Shown here one piece after another: positions 48,110 through 61,100 of a DNA stretch of 64,000 nucleotides. The position numbers and the translations under genes are program-made. The notes beneath the pieces were generated by a model, which was given only the letters and a program-made list of their open reading frames with translations, was not told where the DNA came from and ran no database searches. Source of the stretch: Heptranchias perlo. Lineage: Eukaryota. Location: assembly GCF_035084215.1 (NCBI RefSeq), contig NC_090352.1, positions 20,460,001 through 20,524,000 on the forward strand, written 5' to 3'. Each line of letters begins with the position of its first letter. Position 1 is the stretch's first letter.

Positions 48110-48815
48110 CAGCGCCCCGTCTAACACTTACAGAACAGTAAGCGTCTGACAGAAGGGGTTTATAGGCACTGGCATGCGGCAGCTTTAAGCCTCCGAATCA
48201 CCCAGCCTTGCTGTTGCAGTGGTCGCTCTTACCTGGCGCCCTGCTGTAGAGGAGCTGAGAGCCGCGGCGCCTCTCCAGCGAGGAACAGCATCCCCCGCCG
48301 CTCGGTTAGTGTTATAGGCGGCCATCCCCGGCCTCTGTGTCGGGGTTCTTCGCTACTCCATTCCCCGAGGATCGGCTTGCAGTGATCACAGGCCCGGTCA
48401 CTGCCTCCCTCACACACACACACACACTTTCAAGCAGCTCTGAAGGACGCGCTCGCCGAGATCTCGCGATATCTGATGGATGATCTCGTTATCCTGCCCT
48501 TTGACCCCTGTTCCCAGCGGGCTCTTCCACCAGGCCATGTAGGAGTTTGACTCTCTTTCGATTAACTGAGGCCGCTCAGAGAGCTGCCCCGAGTGGGTCA
48601 GCCGTGTGCGGTAATGGCCGGGAGCGGCTGCACTACTGCCGCCGCTGCCTCCTCCATCACGGACTGAGCAGCGACACGAAGCCACTCCATCGCCGCCTGT
48701 GTTTGGCCGTAGCGGTGAGCGCCGTCCGTCCGCTTGCGGTAAACGTCATCTCTTCAAGTGCACTTCTGAACGATCGCCAAAAGGTTCTGCGCTAAACGTC
48801 ATAACCAGATACAAG
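48110..48815. promoter_or_regulatory. CpG island / bidirectional MYO19-PIGW promoter
   Basis: CpG-dense block. Minus-strand donor at 48232 (MYO19) and plus-strand donor CAA|GTGAGC at 48815 (probable PIGW 5'UTR exon). TCTCGCGATA motif at 48462-48471. Confidence 0.75.
48233..48460 (-). other. MYO19: Probable first (5') exon of MYO19; upstream boundary approximate
   Basis: Strong minus-strand donor CAG|GTAAGA at 48233/48232 inside the CpG island facing away from PIGW. Confidence 0.55.
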
Positions 48816-49813
48816 TGAGCAAAATGATCCTCGTCTTAATGGTTTTAATTCTGCAGGTGTTGCGTTTTAGATGTAAATCTCCTGTGACTCGGTTGGGAAG
48901 TGAACTCCCCCGTGTGGCACTGTCCCTAACTCATCACTCACCTGGATGATACCTGGGCCTTTTTTGGTGCATCTGTAGGGGTGACACTGCGTTGCCCTAG
49001 GGTCGCAGGGTGGAGACAAAAAATATTAAAGCGGGCACCACAAATACAATATACAAACAATAATTAATTGATAATGTTATTGTGAGCATGCAGGATACAA
49101 CCTATATCCTGTGGTGCCCACTGGTCGTGGAAGGGAATGATGATATCTGGGACCTTAATTACTTTTGTACCTTTCCTGTATTCTTGCCTATATTCTAGAT
49201 GGACTGTTGGAGAATAGTTCTGGAGTGATATGTGGGTGTACCATTAGCCAATGTGCAAAACCATTTCTCAGTTATCCCCTGTTTCTAGTTGAGATCCAGC
49301 ATGCTGTGGGATATTGGTGTTACGACAAACTAAAGTCAGAGTGGTAGCACTTGGGTTTATACCACCAGTTCCTTACAGGGTGACTGCTCAGTATCAGATG
49401 TGCCATCACAGAAGACATCATGTGGGTGTCATATGCTTTCCCAGTAGTGGATGAGTTGCCCAAGGCCACTTTTAGACACATCAGTGGTATAGCGAAAGGC
49501 TCTGGAGCAGCTTCTTTTGGTCAGGGAAGGAAGACAAAACATAGAAATACCTTTAAAATGGGCATCAGATACAAAAATGCTATAGGATTATTCTTAAAAT
49601 CACATTTGATCTAGTAAGATCAATTTTTATCTCCCCAGCTGATCTAAGAAACAACTGATTTTAGGTCATTTATATGGTTAGTAAATCAATTATATACTTT
49701 TTAGTTTTCCAATAAGCTATTACCAAATTGCAGTTTACAAATATACAGCATATCATCAGGTAAAAATATAAATAATTTTTTTATCTTTTTCAGGAAAAAA
49801 AATCAACCCTATA

Positions 49814-51340
49814 ATGGCACAAAAAGAATTCAAAGAAGCATTTGTCAGTAACTTGAGTGGTACTACCCTGGCTGAGAATTCATTGGGTTTAATTCTGTCT
49901 GCATTATGTGTCACCTACCGAGGATTGATATTGATGTATTTCGTTGGAGAAAGCACAACATCATCATGGAAAAGGCTCCTGATGATTGATTTTGTTGTGC
50001 TGGTGGCATCTCTTGTATTGTCCTGCACTGTCTTGTCAGATGTGCTTCACTGGGTGGTGTTGGTTCTAGCAGCTATTCTTGTGACATCTGTGTTTCAGAT
50101 ATACAATCAAAGAAAACAGTATGCCCATCAACACTTCAAAGAAGTCATAGGATCTTTTTTGGAAACCAGCTTGGACATGAATTACATTCCCTTTGTCACT
50201 TTGTTTCGAGTCTTTGTTAACATAAAGACTGGCATCAGCATTCTGGCTGTGGACTTTCCAATATTTCCAAGACGCTATGCTAAAACTGAAACTTATGGGA
50301 CTGGGATTATGGATTTTGGAGTGGCAGCTTTTGTTTTTGCAAATGCACTTGTTTCTCCTGAAGCAAGACAGAGGAACAAAAATCTATTGCATTCTAAATT
50401 TAGTTTTGCAGTTAAACAGATCATAGCAGTTTGGCCCTTAGTTTTCTTAGGGTTAGCTCGTCTAATAAGTGTTAAAGCAGTGGATTACCATGAGCATGTA
50501 TCTGAATATGGTTTGCATTGGAATTTCTTTTTCACACTGGCAATAGTTAGGACCCTGTCATCTTTTCTTATGATATTATATCCTGTTAGAATATCATGGG
50601 TCGTATCAGCTAGCATTGCCATATGTTATCAATGGCTCCTTGAAACTACAAATCTGAAGCAATTTATATTGAATGGAAGTGATGGCAAAGGTACTAGGGT
50701 TGGGTTCATTAATGCCAACAGAGAAGGACTCTTTTCAATGATCGGATACATAGCTATTTACATGGCTGGTGTACAGGCTGGTATTTATATAATGAAGAAG
50801 AGGACATTGGTAATAGACTGGATAAAAGTGCACGGTTGCCTTGTGATGAGTATTTTGATATTGTGGCTGCTACTGCACGTGTGTGAGGCACTCACAGAGC
50901 CAGTATCTCGCAGGATGGCCAATCTCAGTTTTGTTTTATGGACAGTTGGGCAGTGTTTGCTTTTTCTGATTATTCATATGTTGGCTGATCTTGTTTTAGT
51001 ATTTGTCAAAGTTATCTCGGGGATGTCTAACGTGCCATGTTCATGGAATATTTTACCAAATTCTTCCCAACATAGGATGGAGAGGACCTTGTTAAAAAGT
51101 AGACCTTTGGGAAAGGTTGATAAGACCACTATAAATTTCTGTCTTATTGAAGCCATAAGCAGAAACCAATTGCTGTTTTTCCTGCAATCTAATATCTTGA
51201 CTGGTTTGGTGAATCTTACAATAGATACTGTTCATAGCAACACATTTATTTCCTTATTTGTACTTTTGCTTTATATGTTCTGTAATTGTGTCATTGTGTA
51301 CCTTTTACATATCAATGACATTACTTTAAAGTTTTGGTGA
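49814..51340 (+). CDS. PIGW: GPI inositol acyltransferase PIG-W (GWT1 family), 508 aa, single coding exon
   Basis: Motifs KEAFVSNLSGT, ILAVDFPIFPRRYAKTETYGTGIMDFGV, DYHEHVSEYGLHWNFFFTLA, NANREG, VSRRMANL; multi-pass hydrophobic protein; acceptor ttttcag at 49793 just before the ATG; AATAAA at 51846. Confidence 0.98.
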   Translation: MAQKEFKEAFVSNLSGTTLAENSLGLILSALCVTYRGLILMYFVGESTTSSWKRLLMIDFVVLVASLVLSCTVLSDVLHWVVLVLAAILVTSVFQIYNQRKQYAHQHFKEVIGSFLETSLDMNYIPFVTLFRVFVNIKTGISILAVDFPIFPRRYAKTETYGTGIMDFGVAAFVFANALVSPEARQRNKNLLHSKFSFAVKQIIAVWPLVFLGLARLISVKAVDYHEHVSEYGLHWNFFFTLAIVRTLSSFLMILYPVRISWVVSASIAICYQWLLETTNLKQFILNGSDGKGTRVGFINANREGLFSMIGYIAIYMAGVQAGIYIMKKRTLVIDWIKVHGCLVMSILILWLLLHVCEALTEPVSRRMANLSFVLWTVGQCLLFLIIHMLADLVLVFVKVISGMSNVPCSWNILPNSSQHRMERTLLKSRPLGKVDKTTINFCLIEAISRNQLLFFLQSNILTGLVNLTIDTVHSNTFISLFVLLLYMFCNCVIVYLLHINDITLKFW

Positions 51341-53899
51341 TTTACTGTGTCCATGATTCAATTTCATAAAAGTAAAACTATTCTGACACTGTATAGGTAT
51401 CAGAGTTCATACACTTGAATAATTGTCTTCTCTGGTACATTTCACCTCGCATAATTTATGGTGTCGTACTCTGCACGTGCAGAGTTTCTCTGCCTGGTAT
51501 TATTTCTCTTATCCTCTGCAGAAGATAAAGTAAATATCAAATGATATGAAAAGTGTACCATCTAAGAAGTAGCACTATATTCTGGTCAGATGTGGTTTTG
51601 TCCTACATGCTAATTTCCCCATATCAGTCATAGGGAAGTACTGGCAAAATCAGACAGCGAGTATGTTCCAGGTCACTCTTGCATACCTTTTTGCAGCTGA
51701 CTTCAGAGTGGTATTGTTGAAGGGCTGGAAGCATGTCATTTACTTTTTCAATATGGGATGGTGCATAGAACAGTGACTAAGAATTGGTAAGACAGAAAAT
51801 TGATTTTTTTAAAAATAGTAATAAGGATGAAACCTTGCCCACAACAATAAAAAACACCATCTTGTTTACTCCATAAAGTGAAATGTCTTAACACTGATTC
51901 CAGTTTTTGTAATGTAGTCTGTGTAATACATTTTAGTATACTGATATATGTCTTATAAATTAACTGCTAACAACGGGACAAATTAAAATAGTACTCCAAA
52001 AATACTCTTATACTTGTGTTTATTTTACTTTCACGTGCAAAAATTCTAGCCTTCGACCATTTTTATCTTTTACTTGTTATTTTGGCAATTGTACGGAAGA
52101 CTGCTTTTACATTGTGCATTTTTTTGTATGCTGCAGCATTTTTTGCTGCATTATTGCAGTCATTGTGCAGCAAATATTAGTCGTTATGTTTAATATTTCA
52201 GATATCCTCTTGTCCCTTGTGAGATGATGCTAGGGTTACTTTATAATAACATTTCATTTTAGTTCTACTGCAGTTGTTGCAGTGGGCATGTGCAAGATCC
52301 CAAAGTATTTCAGAACAAATGTTAAAAAGAAACATTATTAAACAATAGGGCATCCATTATCATGAAATATTTTGACTTGTGTGTTCTGCCACTAACTCAT
52401 ACCAAAACAGTACTTGAAACTGTTTAAATGTAAGGCTGTGTCACAGAAATTTAGAAGTGCATTCATTTTTTATTGCTTGCTTTCTTTGCATCTTGCCTGT
52501 TAAGCTGCTTTTCTACAGAGCATGCTGAAGTATACAATATAACTTTATTTTTCCTTGACTTTGTATTTTTTTAATGGAGGGATAATGCATCCAAAATGTG
52601 TTCGACCAACAAACACACAGGCTTTAATTAAACGGTCCCATTATTTCATATCTATGAAATATTTATCCATATGTTGAGCTTTTTGCTGTCATGTCTAATT
52701 GATTATAAGTGCAACTATTATTTAGAAGAGTTGTGAACTTACTATGCGATATGATTCTATTTTAAGAAATTACTTATAATGGATCATGAAGTGACAGGAT
52801 GTAGATTTGTGTCAGAAATTTATCAAAAAGTAGAGATTAGGAGGTGTTCTTGCCTTCTCCCAAACAGCTGGATGCAGAAGTCATTGGCAGAGGCCATCTT
52901 GAATGGGCATGGTGATATTGAGGATCTAGTAGTTTTAATTAATCTGCTCCTAAAATACAAAGACCAATACACTTTTAAAAATAATTTAAGACATTTTAAA
53001 TAAATCTTTAATTACTCAAACTGAGTTTTTACAGATATAAAAAAACTGAATGCTTGAAATCTTGAGTCATTAAAACATCTCTTTCATCAACCATACAACT
53101 TCAGCTTGTGTTCCTGTGTCCTTGTCACATTAATCGTTAGTAATTGCAAAATTAAGTCTTTTAATGAAACTGAGTTTGAAGAATTAAAAGAATAATTTCA
53201 TCAATCATATAAAAGGTGTATTAACTTTTGTTCATACTGTACATCCTTTGCATTAAATTACTCCTGCATTGATTATTAAATATCCAGCCTGGCCCCTACA
53301 TTTAATCATTGTCATTCAATGCCTTGTATAGTTCTGTGCTAACAAAAGTTCTTAACTAGACTTCTGCCTGTTCTATAGGAATCCATTGGGTTATGCTGAA
53401 AAACTTTACAGTCGATCCCTGGTCTTTACTGAATTGGCTGATCTCAGCAGGTTTAAGGATAAGGCACTAGAATTGACCCAAGGAATCCTGGGCTAGGGAG
53501 GAAAATCATCTGCTCCTATTCGCTATCCAGTATTTCCTGAAATGCAGGTAGTGACCTCTACATGGAGGAACACCACTTGCACAGATTGAAACACAATGCT
53601 ACGCAGGAGAACCTCTGCTGGAAATGTGTGTATGTGGATGTTGGGTAAAGACTAGATCAGAGTCGGTTGTAATGTCCTGTGTAGTCAAATAGATTACAGA
53701 CACTTGCTATCAAAGATCAAAGGTAATGGGCACTTGGGTGAGATATCAGAGAGTACCTAATACCCATATATTCGTACCTTTGAGAAAAGAGGGAAGAAAA
53801 ATAATTGGCAAGAAAAAAATCCAGAATACTGCAAAGCCAAGTAATTTATATCATACTTTAAGTATATTACTGACTATTTTCCTCAGAATGAACTTTAAA

Positions 53900-54325
53900 A
53901 AAAGAACTTGCATTTCTGTAGTATCTTTCACAGTCAGGACATCCCAAAGCATTTCACAACCAACAAATTACCTTTGAATTGTAGTCACTGTTGGTAAATA
54001 GGAAAAGTCTGCTTGCACAAAGCAAAGTGTCACAAACAGCAATGTGATAATGACCAGATAATCTGTTTTGGTGGTGTTGGCTGAAGGATAAATGTTGGCC
54101 AGGACACTCCGAGAACTACTCTGCTCTTCTTCGAATAGTGCCGTGGGATCTTTTACGTCCACATGAAAAGGCAGAGGGGACCTCATCGGAATGATGGTAT
54201 CTCCAATAATACAGCACTCCCTCACCACTGCACTGAAATATCAACGTAGGTTATGTGCTCGAGTCTTAGCTTGAACCCCTGATCTTTGGACACAGAGTCA
54301 AGAGTACTATTACCACTGAACCAAT
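53900..54325 (-). mobile_element. DeuSINE-type SINE
   Basis: AAGAACTTGCATTT tail to GAGTACTATTACCACTGAACC head. Confidence 0.8.
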
Positions 54326-57221
54326 TAACACCATGACTTATAAACAGCTGTAGATCTAGCTTAAAAACAAGTTTTAGGTCCCTCTATCATTAAAGAAAAA
54401 TTAGCAAAATAATATTTGCATTCAACTATAAAATGATGGAGCTCTTTATCTCATATTTGACTGGTGTTAATAGATAGTGCTTTTGAAAATGCACTGAGAA
54501 AACCTCAATATCTTCAATTCAAGAGTCTAAATGCAGCAGTTATTGGTAACTGCTGTGACTTTGTTATCTATATTTTCTGATTGATTAGGTTTGATTTTGA
54601 GGCATTAAGTGGGTGTAACCAATTGGAAAAATGGATGCAAAACTACCCCATACAATTTCCCGATTGCCCCAGAAGTACTCACCAATTTGTGGGTGGAAGC
54701 ATATAAATGAGATCATAATGTTGTCCAGTGTATTTTCCTACATTTCTGTCGATATAGCGCTGTTTCCATTATCCATCTATATAATATGGGTGTCTAGGTT
54801 GCTAGGGACTGTGCTTTATGTAGAAATACATTTACAGAGCCATATCTAAGGAATGGTAGGAACAATCTGATTACAAGTATTTTGTCTTTGTTTTTCTCTC
54901 TTTTGATACCTCTTAGATAGTCACCAGTCTTTGTGTCATTTATTGGGGCATTGCTACTTTTGCCCCAGCCTCATTAATAAATGCATAATGAGTTTCCCCA
55001 TGGGAATCTCCTTGTACATATGTTTTCTGGAGTAAGTGGAGGAAGACCATGGAGAGTTGCAATGCTCTGTCCTGAACAAAGTCCACCTTCCTGCAGCAGA
55101 ATCTTTATCATTTGGTCTGGAAAAAATGGGTGTTCTCTGTGCTGAAGAACTCCTTTCAGACAATGCAAACTACCAGAAAAGCTTGTAGCCTTGAAAAGTC
55201 AGAAACCACAATGGCTGCTCCTTGTAGCTGCTGCTGGTCTTTAAATCCTGCAGTAGCACTTGATGCTCCTCTTTATATCAGATATGCTTCCAATGACAGG
55301 TGGTTTTCACACCTGGGGCTCACCTCATTATGCAAATAAAGCTGACCTCAGAAATACCCAGCACATTAGTGGTGGATGGTGCTCTTCTTGCACTGCCCCC
55401 TTCTGATCAGGCATAATATGTTTATGTCTCACCTATAACATTGTCCCTTTTGTTTCTCTTATGTTTTATTTTAAGTATTCAAACACTTATTATTTTTTTT
55501 TGCCAATATTCTCCCCTCTTCCTCTCCTGAAGATGTTCACTCCTTCTACAGTATGGTTCCACATGCCCTGGTCCACTGCAGTACTCTTCTAAATGGCCAT
55601 GCTTCATGTGGAAGCCTGGACAATGAGTTGGCAGACTATTAAACCAAAGGGGCCCAGCCATCCTCACTCCACATCTAGTAGGAGTCATCGGACAGTGATT
55701 GCTTGATTTTTTTTTTTCCAGCCACTATCCCTGAGGCACTGCATCTACTTTTAGTGCCTCAACCTGCTGTTCATTGCTATCTAATGACCCTGCTGGAAGT
55801 CTACATATGTGGACATCAGGTGAAGAAAAAATTAGGCTCAGCTGTGATGACATCCCAGGATATAATAGACTACTGACAGTCAGTGTCTAGGCTCATTAAT
55901 GAATAATGGACACTTGGATAAGGTACCAGAGGGTGACTGGCTCCCATGGAACCATATTCAAGGAAGGAATCAATGACTTCAGGAGGGATGGGAGAAAATT
56001 GGCGAAGGTTGGTGGGAATTCTTTTTTAAAGTAGCAGAGGTATAGTAAGCAGAATAACATACTGGTGACAAAGACCTCACAATTCACTCACTTCTGCAGC
56101 TCTTGCCAATTATAATTCTCTTAACATTTATGAAATAAACTCAGTATCACTGGTGAAATATCTCAGTATATACAAAAAGGACAGTATAAGCTTCTAGGTC
56201 ATGCAGTTTCTGCTCTGAAAAAAATCATCTAGACTATCTTTATAAATTCTAACTGGATTACATTGTCATGCAATACCATGACATCAGTAACCAAGGCAAC
56301 ACTACTTCAGATCCACAAGCACTATCCACAGCTGAAAACTACAATTCTAAGCTTGTGCTACTCCTGAACATTCTTTCTACAAGGAGAAACACAAAGCAAC
56401 AAATACCCATGAGTAAATAACACATACTTATCACCATTCAAAATAATATTCAACCAACATTCGGAATCCTCAACAAAGCACATGGAATTTCCACAAAACA
56501 AGTACCATAAAACCATATAAATCTCACAACATTCTCATTAACTCTAGTACAAATGCTTCTGTGATGGCTCAGCTATTTTATCCAGAGAATAGCTGAGTCA
56601 TATAGACCACAAAGGTTTCAGGTGTGATCTACAACCTGTACTGAGTTTGCTTGTTTTAGGCAGAGCTGCAATGGGGGAACGAAAATTGGTCCAAGTGCCT
56701 TGGGTTTAGGGAAGGGAAAATTGGCGAGGGTTCCTCCTCTATCCACCAACCCCTGCTGGAAGTGCTAATGCCAGCTATTAGGTGGCAACAGGAGTGGGTT
56801 TAGCGGTGGTGTCCGCCACAACAGAATAGTTTGCTGACTCTCACTGTCACACATGAATGAGGTATCAAATGGCAGCTGACACCAGGACAATTTTGAGTCA
56901 GAGGAGGGAGAAAATTTTGGGGATGGGGTGAAGAAATCCATCATTGTGAGTTATGTAACAGATATAAACACATACATCAAAACCTATTCCTGAAGAATGA
57001 AAGTGCACCACGATGTTATAAAGGCCAGCCATAACATAACAAAATTACAATATAATCTCATACACATAAAGCAGCTATCATCTTGTGGTTACAACAAAGG
57101 AAATGTCTGAAAAATTTGAAACAAATCTCACATCATAATCAACCTTCTTAGTGGCTCTGAAATGCTCTGAAGAGTCTTCAAATTCTGTTTCAAAGGCACT
57201 CTGTTTACATCTAAAAACTTT

Positions 57222-57265
57222 CCTTCCCAATTCGCTTAAAAGGCCTTCCCAATTTGCTTAAAAGG
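57222..57265 (+). repeat. 22-bp tandem duplication
   Basis: CCTTCCCAATT(C/T)GCTTAAAAGG x2. Confidence 0.85.
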
Positions 57266-57754
57266 ACCATGCTTAGTGAATGAGCAGCTAGCAGGCTCTA
57301 AGCTCCAGTTTATCTACCATTGGCCACAACGTCCACCATCAAGTTTGTCCTATTAGTAGTCGCACGAACTCAATCCCAAGCTTTGTGGCAATATTCTTCT
57401 CGTGAGACTGAACATTTTTGCACAATCACTCATAGCACAGAAGCCCAGCTATTCACAACTACACGCCTATTGTTGTGTTGGTCTCAACCTCAGTTATATG
57501 TCATATATTTGTTGAACCTTGGAGAAGAATCCTGTTGGTATTAAACTTTGTTTGAATTGAAAAAGAGCTAACCAGATTGCTCAGAGTTCAAGATTTGAGT
57601 TGAGATGGAGGTTGTCATGTGACTATTTGTCTTGATCATTGATGGGGATATTTTCTCATTGGTCCACTTTTACAAGATAGCTGCCTGAGATGGAAGGACT
57701 CTGAAGCACTACTTGTAATTACAGGATATAGATATAACATGTTGATGGCAGTAA

Positions 57755-58210
57755 AGAAAGAATGAAGTTAAATTTGTGTAGCACCTTTCACAACTTAGGA
57801 CATCCCAAACTGTTTTACAGCCAAGGAATTACTTTTGAACTGTAGATGCTGTTGTTTTTGTAGGCAAACGCAGCAGCCAATTTGCACACAACAAACTCCC
57901 AAAAACAGAAATTAGATAATTGACCAGATAATCTGTTTTTGTTAGTGTTGGTTGAGGGATAAACGTTGGCCAAGTTACCAAGAGAGCTCTTCCTTGAATA
58001 GTGCCATGGGATCTTTTATGTCCACCTGAAAGGATGGACAAGGCCTCAGTTTAATATCTCATCTGAAAGATGGCACCTCCAACAGTGCTATACTCTCTGT
58101 GTTGCACTTAAGTGTCAGCTAGGTTATATGCTCAAGTCTCTGGAGTAGGGTTTTGACCCACAACCTTCTGACTTAGAAGCAAGAGTACTACCACCAAGCT
58201 ATATCTGACA
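57755..58210 (-). mobile_element. DeuSINE-type SINE
   Basis: Near-full-length reverse-complement copy. Confidence 0.85.
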
Positions 58211-59491
58211 CTGCCTAACACTAAATACCTATGGAAACTATAATACAGAACTGAAGTACAAATTTTAATACAAAATATCATATAAATGATAAACAATAAG
58301 GAACCAAAGGTACTGCACTGAAATAAGGGGCTGGCATAGAGGCAGGAGCCAGCAAATCCAAATAAAGGCTGTTCTAACATAAATGTGCTTTCCATAGCAG
58401 TTGTTTGTTGAGGGCAGACAACAGCTGAAACTATAATTTTACAAAGAGTTTTCCTAAGTCCTGCCATTTGGCTTTGGCAAAAAGTGGTAACTCCACTTCC
58501 AGATGAAATGCAGAAATTGGTCATTTTTATTTTAAAAGTAATCCAGGAGGTTTGAAAACACATACACATTAACGCTGTCATTGAAAATGTCAAATTACTG
58601 AAATTTACATTCCTGCGAAATGAAGGTTCAGGAGGCAAACAGCAAAGAGCAACTGACATACACTGACACTCCTGCGCTATGCTCTCTCTTGAGCCCATGG
58701 TGCTGAACTACAAATCTGTACAACTTCCTGGATTTAATTGATCACAAGTTAGAACAGTGTTGACATGCAGCTACCAAAACAGTAATAAGATACATTCTAG
58801 ACAATGCTGATCTTCAATGGTACTTCTCAAATATCATTATAAACCATCTTAAAATTACATTGCAACTACCCTAAATAAATTGAGTCACAAAGAAAATAAA
58901 CATGATCTGAACATAGAAAGAAACAAATAACGCTACCCTTTTAATACAATTTGTTTTCTACTTAGCTCCATAGCTACGGAAAGCAAGAAAGTTGGCTACA
59001 TTCGGAGTAAGGTCTACACAGATACAGCTGACTGTCCTTAACTTCTCTGACTGACATTCCTTCTATTTTCCCTCCTGCCCCAAAAAGTGGTGGCTTACAA
59101 GCTTCCTCCAGGTTCTTCCTGCCGGAACAGCTTCTTTGACGATTTTGCCCACCAAAAATGTTCTCGTTCGAAATTGGATTTCGGTCTTTCCTTCGAAGAG
59201 ATCTCTGTTTCCATAACCTTACTCCTACACATCCATTTTAACCATCTCTGACCCGAATCCAATGCAGTCTGTTGCAACAGCTATAGCCTCTATCATCCTG
59301 CCGCTGCCATCTATTTTATTATTCCTAAGTATCGGGGAGCTGGGCCTGGCCTACAAATCTGCTCCCGTGCATAATTTCACCAGTCAAACTCCGAGAAAAG
59401 GCAGAGAACCCGACTTCATTTAAAAAGTGGGAGTTGCTCCCTCTACCGAAAAGGGAAATTTGGCATTCCTGTGCATGTACATAGTAAGCAA

Positions 59492-59905
59492 TGTCAGCCG
59501 TAGCTCAGTTTGTAGCATTCTTGCCTTAGTCAGAAGATTGTGGGTTCAAGTCCTACTCCAGGGTACTGAGGAAGTGCTACACTGTCGGAGGTGCTGTCTT
59601 TCAGATGAGATGTTAATCTGAGGCCCTGTCTGCCCTCTCAGGTGGACGTAAAAGATCCCACAGCGCTATTTTGAAGAAGAGCAGGGAGTTCTCCCTGGTG
59701 TCGTGTCCAATATTTATCCTTCAACAAACACCCAAAAGCAGATTATCTGGTCATTATCACATTACTGTTTGTGGGACCTTGCTGTGCGCAAAACAGCTGG
59801 CACCTTCCCGATATTACAACAGTGACTACACTTCAAAAGTCCTTCAAAGGGCTTTGGGACATCCTGAGGTCGTGAAAGGCGCTATATAAATGCAAGTCCT
59901 TTCTG
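59492..59905 (+). mobile_element. DeuSINE-type SINE next to the GGNBP2 CpG island
   Basis: GTCAGCCGTAGCTCAGTT...GGGTTCAAGTCC (A/B boxes) through AAAGGCGCTATATAAATGCAAGTC. Confidence 0.85.
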
Positions 59906-59949
59906 TTTTAAGCACGTTGGTTTATAATGCGGGGTAATGGGACCTGTGG

Positions 59950-61100
59950 CCTCCTTCAGGACCGATTCTTTTTCAACCACCGCCGTGAACACCTTCGCGC
60001 AGTTTGAATTAGCCCCTGAATCCCGCGCGTGCCCTCCCTTCCCCTTCCCCTGTCACGCGCAGACTGCTCCGAACTACTTTCAACAACCTCCGAGGGGAGG
60101 CGAAAGGTCGCTTTTTTTTTTAATCTGTCGCCACGTACCTCAGACCGTAGTAGGGTAGGGGAAGCTGTGCCTGCTTCAAAGTATAACATTAATTATTATT
60201 TTTTTTTAATCAAAAGAAGAGAAAAAAAAAATCAGCCCGACCAAAAATGTAGAATGTCAGAATGAAATCAGTCGAGACGGCGGAGCGAAGATTGATTGAA
60301 GTGGAGGAAGGTGCTGCTGAGCGTATTGGGAGGGACTCTTTGTCGGGGCGGATGGCGGCGGCGCTGTGGCTGTGACGCGCTCCATTTTTATTCGAATATT
60401 TTGGTGGAGAGGGGAGTTTGCGAGAGCGAGGCTGCGCCCGTCTCCGTGTCCGGCCACAGGCTCAAGCCCAGCGGTTTCCGTCTCACTCGGCTCCCCGGCA
60501 GCGGCTCGGACCGTCTGTTGTTTTAATTAATCTGAATAGTGTAGAAGAGTGCGGGAGGATTTCATCATTAATTAGGGCCTGCGGCGCGTTTGTTTGTGTC
60601 AGTCAGTGGCGGTTGGTGCTGTCAGGCTCCGCTCTCTCGGCCCTCCCTCCCTCACTCGGTGTTGCGGTGCCGCTGTTGACATGGCGCGCCTGGTGGCTGT
60701 CTGCAGAGACGGGGAGGAAGAGTTCCCCTTCGAGAAGAGGCAGATCCCGCTCTACATCGATGACACCCTGACGGTGAGTGAATCAAACGGGCCCTGCCCA
60801 TTCCCCCCCCAACCCCCCCTTCCTTTCTTCACCACCCCCCCCCCCACTCCCGCTGAAATGGCGAGAGCGAGTGCAGGAAACTCCAGACTGGGCAAGGACG
60901 GGCCTCCATTACTACCAGCGACTAGATGAGGTCGCTCCAGGGCCGCGGGCTCTTTGCAGTAGGCCCCGGCGTCTGAGTTTGGTCGCAGTTCGCTCTCTTT
61001 CCTCCTTGAACGTGTCCCGGACACGGTGTGAAATCTCTGCAGAGAGGCAGTAAGCACTTCGTTCACTAGGCCCGCCTTGAGTGAAAGTGTCCGTAGCAGT
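59950..61100. promoter_or_regulatory. CpG island / GGNBP2 promoter
   Basis: High GC and CpG content surrounding the ATG exon. Confidence 0.75.
60681..60773 (+). CDS. GGNBP2: Gametogenetin-binding protein 2, first coding exon (remainder of gene beyond window)
   Basis: MARLVAVCRDGEEEFPFEKRQIPLYIDDTLT|GTGAGT matches the conserved GGNBP2 N-terminus; lies downstream of PIGW as in other vertebrates. Confidence 0.95.

Noticed and set aside
58132-58698. 188-aa minus-strand ORF
   Set aside because: No recognisable domain, composition typical of random AT-rich sequence, and it ends inside a SINE head.
60257-61066. Several 66-117-aa ORFs around the GGNBP2 start
   Set aside because: CpG-island artefacts. 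Only 60681-60773 matches a known protein and ends at a donor.
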